Source: Takakia lepidozioides
Taxonomy: Eukaryota > Plantae > Bryophyta
Length of the DNA: 64,000 bases
Direction: 5' to 3'
NCBI GenBank assembly: GCA_030704615.1
Contig: CM060732.1
Location: forward strand, 27,776,001-27,840,000
Shown one piece after another: positions 13,555 through 25,376 of the stretch. A program made the position numbers and the translations under genes. The notes under the pieces are model-generated. The model was not told the origin of the DNA and made no database searches. It saw only the letters and a program-made list of their open reading frames with translations. Numbering within the stretch: position 1 is the stretch's first letter; each line of letters starts with the position of its first letter.

Positions 13555-13700
13555 TGAGGTGCATGTTGTGTGGGTCTGCTAAAAGGGCAGCCACCATGCT
13601 GGTGTGTGATCGATGCTCTAGAGGTTGGCATATGGGGCTTGACTCCACCTCTTGAGATGGTTCCAGATGGGGATTGGTTATGTCCACAATGCATTGGATA
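13555..13700 (+). CDS. PHD finger at the integrase C-terminus
   Basis: CMLC...MLVCDRCSRGWHMG[C]LTPPLEMVPDGDWLCPQC (C4HC3), needing one 1-nt correction. Confidence 0.85.
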
Positions 13701-13961
13701 GTGGGAGTGGATACAACCATGGGAGGCTAACAAGCAACGCAAGGCCCAGCTACTAGGAGACCTTGAACACACGAGGTCCTGGCTCAAGTTCACAGATTGC
13801 AAGATGGCGACTAACGATGGGGCTACTCTTGTACCCGGCCTCTTGGTCTATAGAGTTTGAGTACAATAGGGACAGTGATAGAGGACTTAGTACGGCTGTG
13901 GCTATTACATCTTGTAGCTATCTGGAGGTAGAGGGACCTATCCACCAGCTAGGGGGGCGAT

Positions 13962-14391
13962 TGTGGCAGACTACTTTATTGTGCATATATGTGTGGTGTG
14001 GTTTGGACAGTGATGTAGTTGTGTAGCGATATGTATGCGCACGACAGCTGTCAAGTTAAATAAGCACAGTGTGAAAACAGCTAGAATAAAACTAGTTATT
14101 TGTATTTAATACTTGGATTTAGGTCAAGTGTTAAATCAGGTGTCAAGTTTAGTTTGACACTTGGTCCGTCTTATCTTCACGAGAGCGGCAGTCGCGCAGC
14201 TCATCTCTCTCGAGTTGAGCCTGCGCGACCGAGCTCCTGCATGCGTTTAGATCTGAGTGTACTCATGATGGGAGTGTAGGTTGTTGTGGGGTGGAGTCCC
14301 CATAGCTTGGGGTGCCCCTGGCTCGACTACTATTTCTAAGAGTGATGGTTTGGTTTTCATGTTTTGTGTAAACAGTGTGTTCGTGGGTTTT
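13962..14391 (+). repeat. 3' LTR (lacks terminal TTATCA), preceded by PPT AGGGGGGCGA
   Basis: Starts TG one base after the purine-rich tract at 13951-13960; matches 6753-6669 plus 18824-18482 on the minus strand. Confidence 0.85.
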
Positions 14392-15613
14392 CTTGTGCCG
14401 GCCTTCTGCCACTCTCTGGGCAATCTCTCTTGACATGGGGTCCTCCACATGTCCAACATATCACCCCTGGTTGCTGTTGGCCTGCAAAAGATGCCACGGG
14501 CCTCTGCACCTGAGGTCCCCTGTAAGCTCCATGGAACTTGGGCTGGGCAACCTTGCCCCCCTGACCACGCTGTTGGGCAGTCCCTTGTGCTTGTGGGCTG
14601 ACAGCTGTGCCCCGTACAGGCATGTCCTTGCCAAATCCAATTGTAACAACTCGCTCCTCCACCATGTTGAGCTCAATCCGCTCAGCCAGCAGAAACACAT
14701 CTGCTAATGTGGGTTGCGCTGCTTGTAACAGGGTTGCATCTCGCACCCTTCTCTTGAGCTCCTTGTCCAGAATTCCATACCAAAACTGGATTGCCTGAGC
14801 TTCAGTAACCCCTTGGGTCACACTTATCAAGCGCCTCATACGAGTGTACGCCTCTCGCAGGCTCTCACTGGGTTTGCGCTGGAAGTCTTGCAAACTTCGC
14901 AACTTCTCTGTCCGTACACCTTGGTAGTTCCTCCGCAACTCCTGGAAGAACTCCACCACCGGGTTGAATCTAGGCACATGTATTGTAGTTGTGGCAGGAG
15001 GAGTAGTAGCACCTTTTGAACTGGTACCACCTGCAGAAGTACCAGCACTACCTGCTCCACTACTAGTGCTGGCAGTGGGAGCTATTGGTACTGATGCAGC
15101 TACTGGTCGCGTCGTGCCTCGAGTAATGGAGACGTAGTCAGGTGACCAATACATCCTCCACTCCTCAATCTTTGCTTCATGTCCTCGCCGGAACTCGTGG
15201 TAATCGTCCATAGGCGGGCCTTCCAAATGCTGGAATAGTCCCTTCCACGCCATGAATGGGGTGAATAGCTGTGGATTGCGCATCTGCTGCAAATCACACC
15301 AGCTATCGAACTCCTGGATAAAGTCATCCAACTCGATTGTGCCCACAGCTCCAGAGTACCTACGAGGCCCCTTGGTAGCTCCATACATCTCCTCCATGTC
15401 GTCCCACAACAATGGCGAATGAAAGTGCACACCTGTTGATGAAGCCTCCGAGTCTGTGTCTGACTCTACAGTAATTGAGGGTGGCGGTGAAGGTGGTCTG
15501 AACCGAATACCTCGTCTTGTGAACCCACTCTCACTGTTACTGCCTGTAGCCGTACTCCCCTCAAAACCCTTGGGTAACTCCGTAATGACACTCACAATGT
15601 GCACCTCCTCCAC
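14392..15613 (-). pseudogene. 5' half of gag (N-terminus to first zinc knuckle), inverted
   Basis: ORF 14357-15613; 14392-15227 is a ~99% identical inverted copy of 6754-7588. Confidence 0.9.
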
Positions 15614-16254
15614 GTGACACTATAAGGCTCTAGTACTAATCTAATAGTGACACGGGTGGGCACTTGTTGCAGTCTAAGGGTCATATCCCAATGGCTCAGG
15701 GCACCTGCACCTGCATTCACCGCAAGAACTCCTATGGTTGGCTGGTCATCAACCCAGCCTCACCATAGAAGAAACACTGGTGGTCTTGCTGGTCATCACT
15801 CCAGCCTCACCACCGACAGCATACTCTAGGATTGACCGGTGATCAAATCCGGCCTAATCCCTATGAAAGCAAGCGCCCACACAACACCAACATGGCGCAC
15901 AGTCAAGCATGCAGGTGTTGGGGGGGATCCAAACACAAGAAATCAAAACATCAACACCCCCACACCAAAATCCAGCAGCAACGCTGATCCTGCAGAATAT
16001 CCCAGCCCAAAACCCCGGACTGACTGGCCTCCACCAAGAGAGGCTTTGGCAACTACAAGTACAAGGTAATGAAAATAGTACAAAGATGGAGGGGAAGAAT
16101 AGAAGCCCGCCCAAGCAAGATCTAATCCTGATCTATGCTATCAACTTCCAGACTTCTCTCAAAGTGCCTCGCTCTGCTTGATGGTAAGGTGTAGGAGGTA
16201 TATCTATGTCCAGAAACCTGCCACTAACCTTGTCCCAAGCTACAGTAGCTCGCT

Positions 16255-16881
16255 CTAACCAACCTCCTCCTCTTTCTGCCAGGTAGAGACAAAGCAACAC
16301 TCTGCTATCTCCCGCTCACTGAACACTAAAGAAAACAAAGGTAGGGTCTGATAGTCTCTCAACTCGAAAGCTTTGAGACGGTTGCGGGTGTCTTCATTGC
16401 GAATGACTGCATCGCCTTCAAACAGAACAAACTTGTCCTCGCTAATGAACCCCCGCTCGTGGTTGCCTTGTGCAGAGCGTGTCCGACTGCAACACTGTCT
16501 AATTGCACAAACTTGTGCAGCTCCTGCTCCTCTGCTCCAGTACACCACGGCCTTGTGGCTGAACACCTTGGTCCCTGGGGCTGTCTTTGGCTGTGTTCCA
16601 AGCCTAGCTTTCACCCACTTTGGTATTTCACCTACAGCTGCAGAACTGCTGGCTCCAACAGAGTTCTGACTGTCCAAGGCGATATTGAGGCCCTCAATGC
16701 CAACTACAGCAGTCTGTTGTCTACTGCTAATGCCTGACTCCCAGTATGCAATCAACTCGTCCAACTGTTCTCCACTCAAATCAGTCTGAGTTCCTTGGGA
16801 AACATAGATCGTGTCCCCTTGTGTGCACAGACTAAGAGAAGAGACCTGCCCTTCAATTACGTCCTCATTTCCCCCAGCCAT
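16255..16881 (-). CDS. Unknown 208-aa ORF upstream of gag inside the retrotransposon
   Basis: ATG-initiated, uninterrupted, same strand as gag, between the LTR and gag; no motif recognised. Confidence 0.4.
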   Translation of the reverse strand: MAGGNEDVIEGQVSSLSLCTQGDTIYVSQGTQTDLSGEQLDELIAYWESGISSRQQTAVVGIEGLNIALDSQNSVGASSSAAVGEIPKWVKARLGTQPKTAPGTKVFSHKAVVYWSRGAGAAQVCAIRQCCSRTRSAQGNHERGFISEDKFVLFEGDAVIRNEDTRNRLKAFELRDYQTLPLFSLVFSEREIAECCFVSTWQKEEEVG

Positions 16882-17382
16882 GCAAGGAGTACATCCACCA
16901 ATTTGTCTCTCATATAGACCAGAACAGGTTCTAGAAACAGGATTGTGGATCTTTCATGGCACACTCACACTCTAAAAATTCCATACATTTTTAGCAGAGT
17001 CCCAAAAACAGTCTAGGTAGGTAGATTCCCCCTTTCTGCAGCTATCCCCTCAAAAACTGTGTCAAACGGAGTTCATTTGCCAAAGATATGACCAATTAGG
17101 CTCTAAATCCTTTAACTTAGATCAAAAGGGTTTTTTCTTTTCTTTTCTTTTTCTTTTTCTTTTTCTTTTTCTTTTCAAATTTAAAAATTCAAATGAAGGT
17201 GAGAAGCTCTTTGGAAACTTCCCCTATCCTTACATGCTTTTCCACCTGGGTCATGCTTTCTCCCTGCAGGGGTGGAATTTGCATATGCTTATCAGCGTTG
17301 GAGAGGGCGGCAAGAGCGGACGTACTGATTGCGGGCGTACAGAGCTGAAGGATGGGCTTTAGGGGCTATGGCGGCTGTCTCA

Positions 17383-17656
<274 letters not shown>

Positions 17657-18244
17657 AGGATCTGGACTGATCAAGGAGTCGTTTCTCCAGAATGTGACCC
17701 AGTCGAAACTATGTGGTTTGCTGTTGCAATGATGGAAGTGAGAGAGCTCGGAAGAAGCTTCACGAATTCGGCTTCAGGGACGAAATCGCTGACAACTCGA
17801 GCATTTCTGTCTCTCTTGTGTTTGTGACTGCAAACTCTACATCTTGCCAGGATGATCCGAAACGGAGTGATCTTACCACCCGGCTCTGCTCAGCTCTCCG
17901 AAAGCCTGTTAGATAATAGAAGCCAGGAAACCTAGAACCTTCACTCCAAAACTTCTTGACTGAATATCGGTGGGCCGTCACCTGCTCCAAAACTTGTAGA
18001 CAGCTTTTCCCAAGCACTGGCCTCCTTTCCTAGAAAACTCGGATGCCCACACTCTTCTGCACATTGGCGAATTGGGCCTTCAACATACAGATGTGACTTT
18101 TAACTCCCAAAATGTATGGGCCTGAGCAGCTCTCCAGCTATCCCTTTCACTCCAGGCACTTTGTATTCATCCTAGGGACGTTGTGGTAGTGCAGATATCA
18201 GCGTTCACAGCTTGCCAGTGCTGCTCCATGCTGCATTTTTAAGT

Positions 18245-18385
18245 CTCTCCTTGTGTACTCCAAAGCCTCTGGTGACTTGGTAGCTTCAGCGACTGTAATA
18301 ACAGTGGCGGCTCCGGCATCGTCATCCTCCAGGCGTTTCAGGGCACGCTGAATCTTGTGGTCACATTCAATGATATGCTTCTCAA
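18245..18385 (-). pseudogene. LUC7: Captured LUC7 (U1 snRNP) fragment
   Basis: HIIECDHKIQRALKRLEDDDAGAATVITVAEATKSPE resembles plant LUC7 RLIVECDRKIGRALKRLQEEDAKAAIAISVSEVTQSPE (recalled). Confidence 0.75.
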
Positions 18386-18475
18386 AGTAAGCACTACTTA
18401 CACATAGGTAATCTTGCAAGTGCTAACCCTCAACTCCTACCTTGCACTCACAGGTAAGAGATCATCTTTCTCGAG

Positions 18476-18824
18476 TGATAAAAAACCCACGAACACACTG
18501 TTTACACAAAACATGAAAACCAAACCATCACTCTTAGAAATAGTAGTCGAGCCAGGGGCACCCCAAGCTATGGGGACTCCACCCCACAACAACCTACACT
18601 CCCATCATGAGTACACTCAGATCTAAACGCATGCAGGAGCTCGGTCGCGCAGGCTCAACTCGAGAGAGATGAGCTGTGCGACTGCCGCTCTCGTGAAGAT
18701 AAGACGGACCAGGTGTCAAACTAAACTTGACACCTGATTTAACACTTGACCTAAATCCAAGTGTTAAATACAAATAACTAGTTTTATTCTAGCTGTTTTC
18801 ACACTGTGCTTATTTAACTTGACA
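18476..18824 (-). repeat. 5' LTR positions 88-436
   Basis: 18482-18824 is an inverted copy of 14049-14391 (3 differences); on the minus strand it ends ...GGGTTTTTTATCA. Confidence 0.88.
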
Positions 18825-19334
18825 ACCATCCAACAGATGTCTCGTACGGAGAAAATAGTCCAAAAAGTCTCGGTGGGAGAAAGTCATCCAGTGGATGAAA
18901 ACAAGTTCTCGACAAGAGAGAACTAGATCCAAAGAATAAAAATCATCCAAATAGTCAATTGCATATCTATCAAATACAACTAACTCCGTGAGTTTATGAC
19001 TATGCAACAACCAATTATGTTGAAGTTAGAGCATGTTGTGCAAAGTCGTAAGGGCTGAAACCACTTCGAAAGGAACGCACAACTCGTAAGAGCTTTGCAC
19101 ACGCAGACCATCGCGCAACCATCGTCTTGCTAAAGCCTGCAGCTGTGTTGTCTTGAACGTGTCCAACCACGATCCCCACCTTCCAACCTCCAAGACGAAA
19201 CACGGCTCGGTCTTCGTATTGTTGCCTCATCACATGAATGAGCAGCTTGGTCAAAAGAATGAAGATCAACATCTACCTCCATTACGTGAAGGCGATTAAA
19301 GATGTGTTGCAGCTAACACTATAAGAAAGTTTAG

Positions 19335-19558
19335 GGTTCACATAAAGCGTCAAAACAAGTGCAGCAGTACAACGCGGATGCACCGGGTGCAAGATAAACA
19401 CGATCTGAGCAAACAAGTTTTAGGGGGGCCAGTTATGCACCCCTGGAAAAATTTCAGATCCTGTGAATCAAACCTGAAAGGAGAGATCCTGAGAGATAGG
19501 AAACTAGAATAGAAGTATGCGAGGTGTCCTGAAATGCAACTGCAAACCTATGCAAGAG
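19335..19558 (+). repeat. ~225-bp direct repeat, copy 2
   Basis: Matches 6021-6244. Confidence 0.9.
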
Positions 19559-20857
19559 TCAGCAATGAAGCACAAAGGTGGGTTTCAAAGATTGTACCTT
19601 TTTTTTGGCTGCTCCAGAAGACTCCCCAATCGCCGGGGACCCTTTGCGCTTCGGACTGCTCTCCACGCCTCGCATGTTCTGGAGCATCTCCCCCATCCTC
19701 TCTTCCACTATTAGGTTCTTCGTGAGGCCAGCGTCAACATCATCTTCGGCGTCTGCCTCTCCCTCGGATGCAGTGTCCTCCTCATCTGTTCTTGGAACTA
19801 TGGCAGGCTGCTGTTCTTCTCCGGATTCCTGCTCTTCCATCGCCAAACTTTCCTCTTTGCCCTCTTTTCCGCCTTTTCCTCTTCGGCCACTCTTTCCATC
19901 CTCATTCTATATCTGGCTCTATTCCTGTTTCTAGAGCTCGTGAAGTATAATGACTTCCTTCTCTTCCTCCTCCGCTGGAAACAAGGGCTCCCCACGATGC
20001 CTCTAGAGCTCTCCAGTTTGACGTTTGCAACACATGTAACCAAAATCAAAATTGGACATTGTCAACCGTATTTGGATGCGGGTGTTGTTATTGTGTGCGA
20101 ACGGAATTCATCCACTTCGGCGTCTTTGTATTATTCAAGAAATAAAGTGCTAGAAAATATGTACATCCGTTGCATGTACTTGTGATATATGTCAGATGTA
20201 CTTCAACGCCTGCCAATACATGGCGGCCTTCTTGCATTGTTTCAAATTCGGAAGTGCCGTAGAAATCTAATGCTAGTTCAATTTGGAGCAGTTCTTGCAG
20301 ATTCGCCATAAATGTTGTGCTTCACATATGCATCCACATGTGTCGTACTACCTGCCCTGTGCTTTGCATTTTGCCGTCATCGTCGCCATGGGGTCATTCG
20401 GTATAAAGGGTTGTGTCGGAAATGATCTTGTGTTGCACACATCCGTGCGAGGTGACTCTTGGAGTGTCAGTGTTTATGCTGTGCTCTTCTGGCACGGCAC
20501 AACCTCATTACATTCGGGGTCTTCATGTTTACTGCTCTCCAGGGTTGTTGCCGTCTTTCCATAAAGGATGGTTTCATGTCATGTTCAGGGTTTGTTTTTC
20601 ATCAAAAAACAGCACGGCTTCTTGTGGCTTCTTGTATTTGAAAACAATTTTTCTAGTTGGTGTCTCTCAGCGTGGTTGTCTGCGAAGTTCAGTGCATGTC
20701 ATTCCTACATTCTTTTGATGCATTGCCCGCAGCCTTTGGGTTAGTGCTACCCTTGTTGACCTCAATTTTTTTTGTGGTGGATCCCCTTTCGAGAAATGTG
20801 GGCTATCAGTTCGGGGATTCCGTTGTGAATCGAAACTTTCGGTCAGCGTAGGAAAAC

Positions 20858-23800
20858 ATGTCCAGGGAGCAAGATAGACTAGCCCGATTTCATTCCAATG
20901 TAGGTAGTCTTCCACTGACTGCCACTGCAGACGACGATGGGTTTGCAGTTGTTCATGAGGATGAGCTGGTTACAGTGTTCCCACTGGAATTGGGTTCTCT
21001 GCTTGTTCAAAAAGAGGTGTATGACGAGGATGGGAATTTGGATTCTGGACATTTGGAGAAACCATTGGTTGGCGAGTGTGGAAGGAAGTGGAGAGTCCTT
21101 CCAGGCACATACCGTGTCCTTGGAAAAGAGAGAAGACAATCAGCAGGATCAGTCATTACCCCTGGAACTGCAGCATCGGTCGTGCAGCAAAAGGGCACAG
21201 TTCATGTGAAACAAGAGGTGAGCACATCCACTACATTCGTGACTCTTTCAGACTCGTCCTCGGAGGATGTTTCTGAGATTCCTCCGCCAGTGCAGACTCC
21301 ATTCTTGGATGAATCCGAATTGCAAGAGATAATGAGTGTTATTCCAAAATTGAAAGTCCTCGCAGGGGTGCCTGGGTGCAAGAGCGAGCTGCGTTTTGTT
21401 GATTGGGAGTCCCTTCGTGTGCAGCGGGTTCAATACGTGCCAGCAGAGTTTATGGGGACATCTTGTTTGAGCTCAACCCTCCCACGTCTTCCAATGGACT
21501 GGCTGGGCTTCTGCAGGGCATGGACAAGAAACATGACGGACACCCTTGGTGCAGGACAAAAACGTCAAACATCCACAACGACATTGGATTGAAATTTCGA
21601 AGGTCGGTTTGCATTGGGCATTGCAAGTGCCTGAATATTTCTTGCCCTCGCCTGAGAAACAGTGCTCAACCAAACGAAAATGAGTGGGAAGGTGTGCCCC
21701 TGAATCCTTTCACCCCAGGACTTGCCCCTCCCAAGACCAATACTTTTGTGTGCAGGTTCTGCAAACTTTCCCCGTCCTGTGTTTCTATGTGTCACGCTCG
21801 TATGTACTAGGTGGCACACCGATGCAAGACAATGACTCGTGCCTGCATTCATATGGGTGCACATGAGCATCCTGTGTCCAAAGGAAGTTGCAGGGACATC
21901 GCTAGAAATCTGCTGAAGCAGGAGTTCCACAATGCCCCTTGTGCAACACCTTCTGCTATAGCGCTTGCAGCTAGCAAGGCTTTCCTGGAAAAACACATAC
22001 TGGGTGAAGGGGATTCGACACAACCAATGCTGGATGCAGATTCGCTTGATGCAGTGATGGACCATTTCTCCGTGTTGAGCTCTCCCAATATTTGAAACCA
22101 GGTGAATGCACTCAGAGTCGGCACAGGCACTGCTGGATTCATGGACAACATTATAGACCTCAAACGGAGAAGTCGCTATGAATTCATTCAAAACAGTATC
22201 TTCCCTGGCCAGGGCTCGTCCAAGGTATATTTGTTCAAGATGTCCGCAGTGGGCGAAGACAGTGGTGTGAGCATTGTCCGCCGAATGCAACCTGGAGGAG
22301 ATTTGGCTAAATGTTGGTTGATGTTTGATCACTGCAAACGGGTGAAGGGTTGGACAACCATGGCGTGCCATGTGTATAATCCAGCGTACCAGCGTGTGCT
22401 CTCAATAGCAATTTGTGATATGCAGTCGGAGGACATTGAATCCCAGATGCTCATGTGGAATTCGCTCCTGGCCGTTATGCAGCGCAATGGAGTACAGAAC
22501 ACAAATTTTGCGGGCTTCAGGCAATTTCAATGCAGTGCGGCGCGTGTTTGGTTCGGGGGATCCTAAGGTCCCAATGAAAAATAGGGAGCGCACATGCCTC
22601 TTCCATTGGAATCAATCTCTGGCACGTCATACAAAGCGTTGCATTCGCCCTGATCTTCAGTTGGAGCACAGAAGGCTCTGTCTCAAGTACAAAAATGCCA
22701 CCTCAATGGGAGAAGCTGAGAGCACTTACCAAGCAATCCGGGCTTGGTGGTTCTCCTCTGGTGCTGCTACTGGTATCCACCTGAAGGAGTTGGAGGACTG
22801 GTTGGTTTTCTGGCACTTCAGATACAGACAGTGGGGAGCTTTCATGACGACGGTAAGCCTCTTGAATCCCAAAATCACAAATTTTGCATCGTGCTTCTTC
22901 ATTTGGGGTTTCCATGCAATGCCTCCTGCAGGACATGTCCTTGGAGGACTTGGCCGACATGCCATCCTGTAATTTGGCGGAGATTGTTCATAACGCCTGG
23001 ATGCAACAATCTACCAAAGCAGGTCGTGACTTGTATGTGGCCACTGCTGATGACATGGTGCGGGCACTTACACAACAAACCAGGTACCGCAATTTTCTGA
23101 TGGGACGGGGTGGAGGCAAGGGCCCCGGTACGACTTTGTTGATGCTAAGGGCTGCGAGTAGGTCCAGAGACCCATCGAAGATGACCAGAGCTCTGAACAG
23201 GTGCACTGAAGGCTCCCCTTTGCAATCCAGGCTCCCTCATTTGGAAGGCGAGGAAAGATTTGGATCATGCAAAAGGAAATTGAACACTCTTCCAGGGTCA
23301 GATGAAGATTCCCATCGCCCAGACAGGGTCAATTTCTCTGTGCCAAAGGTGTCTCCAGTGCAGACTAAGTCGTGTGTCAGCCCCTTCCCAGGTGGGTCCT
23401 CCTCCTGTGGAGCAGGTGCAGAACATGCAAGCACAGCAGCAGGAATCCCATTGGAGGAGGTGGTGGCCATGGTGCAGGAATCTGATTGCATTGATAGTGA
23501 GTGGCATATAGAACGCACCCCACCAAGATCTAGAGTTGCTTGCATGGCAATTCGGACCCCCTCTTTCAAGAAATGCAAATCAAAAATATGCAAAGGCTCC
23601 AGGGGGACTCCAGCTCCAACATTCATAGGGTTGTTCCGACCTTATCATAGTGGGGAGTCAAAGGACCACAAGTTCTGGTTCTGCCCAGACAATATGGCAC
23701 GATGCGTCAAGGGAACAGTTCGTCGTTTGGTGATAATGAAACCCCCTCCCCCCGCAATTTGGCCTGTGAAACTTGGGACGTCGCTGTCAACAACCGAGAT

Positions 23801-24344
23801 AAGCATGCTGGAGGAGGGAGGGTTTTGTCTTGCACGATCCCGAGTGATGCCCTTGTGCACTGTTGGCACAGATGTGCCACATGCTCCGGCAATGCCTCCA
23901 CCCGGTGCCGACTCCCACCCAACAAAAAGAGATGGAAAAACAGTGCGCCGTGTCGCTTCGGGTGCAGATCACGAATGCAAGATGAAATCGGCTAGAATTT
24001 TGCAGGCTCGGGTGGCTCGTATCACCGAAGTCCCTGCCCCGGGGTATGGACGGATTTACACAGTGCTGTCTATTGGCTTAGTTCTTCATGACAAAGAATA
24101 TCAGGTTACCATGGGGAATTTCCCTACTTGCACTTGTCCGGATTTTGTAACGATGCGTGAGGGCGCTCTCGGCATGAGAGGGAAGTGGGTCCCCTGCAAG
24201 CATCAATATTACATATACCTTGTAATTATGTGTTGCGATGGTAAGAGAGACCAATTCATTCACCAAGCAACACTAGGCTACGGAGAAGTCATCACCCTTC
24301 TGCAGCGGGACACCTCACGTAGGGCTCCGCCAAATTCTCTTTGA
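20858..24344 (+). mobile_element. MULE-like DDE transposase pseudogene with Cys-rich GCM/WRKY-like N-terminal region and SWIM finger
   Basis: DGHPW...CIGHCKCLN.SC...CRFC...C...HEHP; WLMFDH, ERTCLFHW (CxxH), NLAE; SWIM CTCPDF...PCKH. Several stops and frameshifts; TIRs not found. Confidence 0.75.
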
Positions 24345-24769
24345 ACACATACGAGCCATGCCCGCTTCCCACGCTGGTTTCCAGGTTACCGTGTGAAGAC
24401 TTTGCATTTAGGACAAACACATACATTTCGTTCACGGAACCAGGGCAAATGCACATGCCATTCATTGTAAGCGTCTATCTGTGAATTGAAATAAAGTGTG
24501 TCAATCATTCTGAGCTCAATTCTGCCATATTTTCATATTCCTCTTTTTGTACAGGCATTGCAGACATGGTGCATGGTGGCCCCCTTTGTTTTGTCCACGG
24601 TAATAGGCCCTCTTCTTACAATCCTCGCCTATAGGACCTGCTTCTCCAGCAGATTTGTGCCGCTCATGCTTTGCAGCTACAACATGAGCTCAGCTCCCAG
24701 GCTCACGGGGCTGGGCTCACGCCGTAGCTACACTGGAGTTGCTGAGCTCGTGCTGGGAATATGACTCCC

Positions 24770-25376
24770 TCATCCGCTGATGTCCATTGAGGACTTGCCT
24801 GATCTCCAGGATGATCTTGGAACGTCCATGACATCGTCTGAGTCGGACAGGTTGTGAATAACCCGGTTCTTGCTCATCTTCATTGATGGGGTCGGCTCTG
24901 GATTAACTTCGTTGCACTCTTTGAGGTACCCACTCTCTGATTTGCGGATTGTTTCGTGGAAGGCGCCACGATAGAAGGCGCATTTGGCGGGCAAATGAAG
25001 TCCCCAACAGCCCTGTATATGACGCTGTCCGATGGTGGAACTTGCCATTCTCTGCCGTTGCCGAAATCATCGTGAGCATAACAATAATTTCGACTACAAC
25101 TCCATTTGAATCCTTCATTTCCTCCTCCAGGAATACCGACCCCGGTTTCAGATGGTATCGAACGCAAAGATATTTCTCCATCACCCGGCAAATCTCCCCT
25201 CTACACAGAAATGTAGCTCTATGCTCGTGAGGAGGGCAGTACACTATAGCGCTCGAGTTTTCTGCCATGGGAGATGTGCACACAAGACTGCCAGGACGGC
25301 GTTCGGGCAAGCGCCCTGGGAGAAGGGGGGATGCCGCGAGGGAAAAGAATGCAGGGCCGATCTTTCCGAGCGACAA
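24770..25376 (-). pseudogene. Convergent second ORF of the MULE-like element
   Basis: Frameshifted ORFs 24903-25376, 24880-25191 and 24770-25048; the N-terminal part resembles the transposase N-terminus. Confidence 0.4.

Larger units (their letters stand above)
6754..13700 (+). pseudogene. Gag-PR-DNMT-RT-RNaseH-INT-PHD polyprotein, disrupted by frameshifts and stops
   Basis: Zinc knuckles CWTCGGPHVKRDC and CGHCGKYGHGDAQC; protease LLDSGAQ (~8600); RT LDLRSGYHQ, LPFGLKNAP, YIDD; RNaseH LHTDWS; integrase HHCC and D,D,E (SLDFAGP, LTDQGREF, GLAER). Frameshifts near 7420, 8300, 10220, 10960, 13635; stops at 10567 and 13389. Confidence 0.93.

Noticed and set aside
6669-14046. DIRS-like or DNA transposon with 85-bp ITRs
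   Set aside because: It encodes a DDE integrase and protease with no tyrosine recombinase; the apparent ITR is part of a split LTR and there is no TSD at 14047
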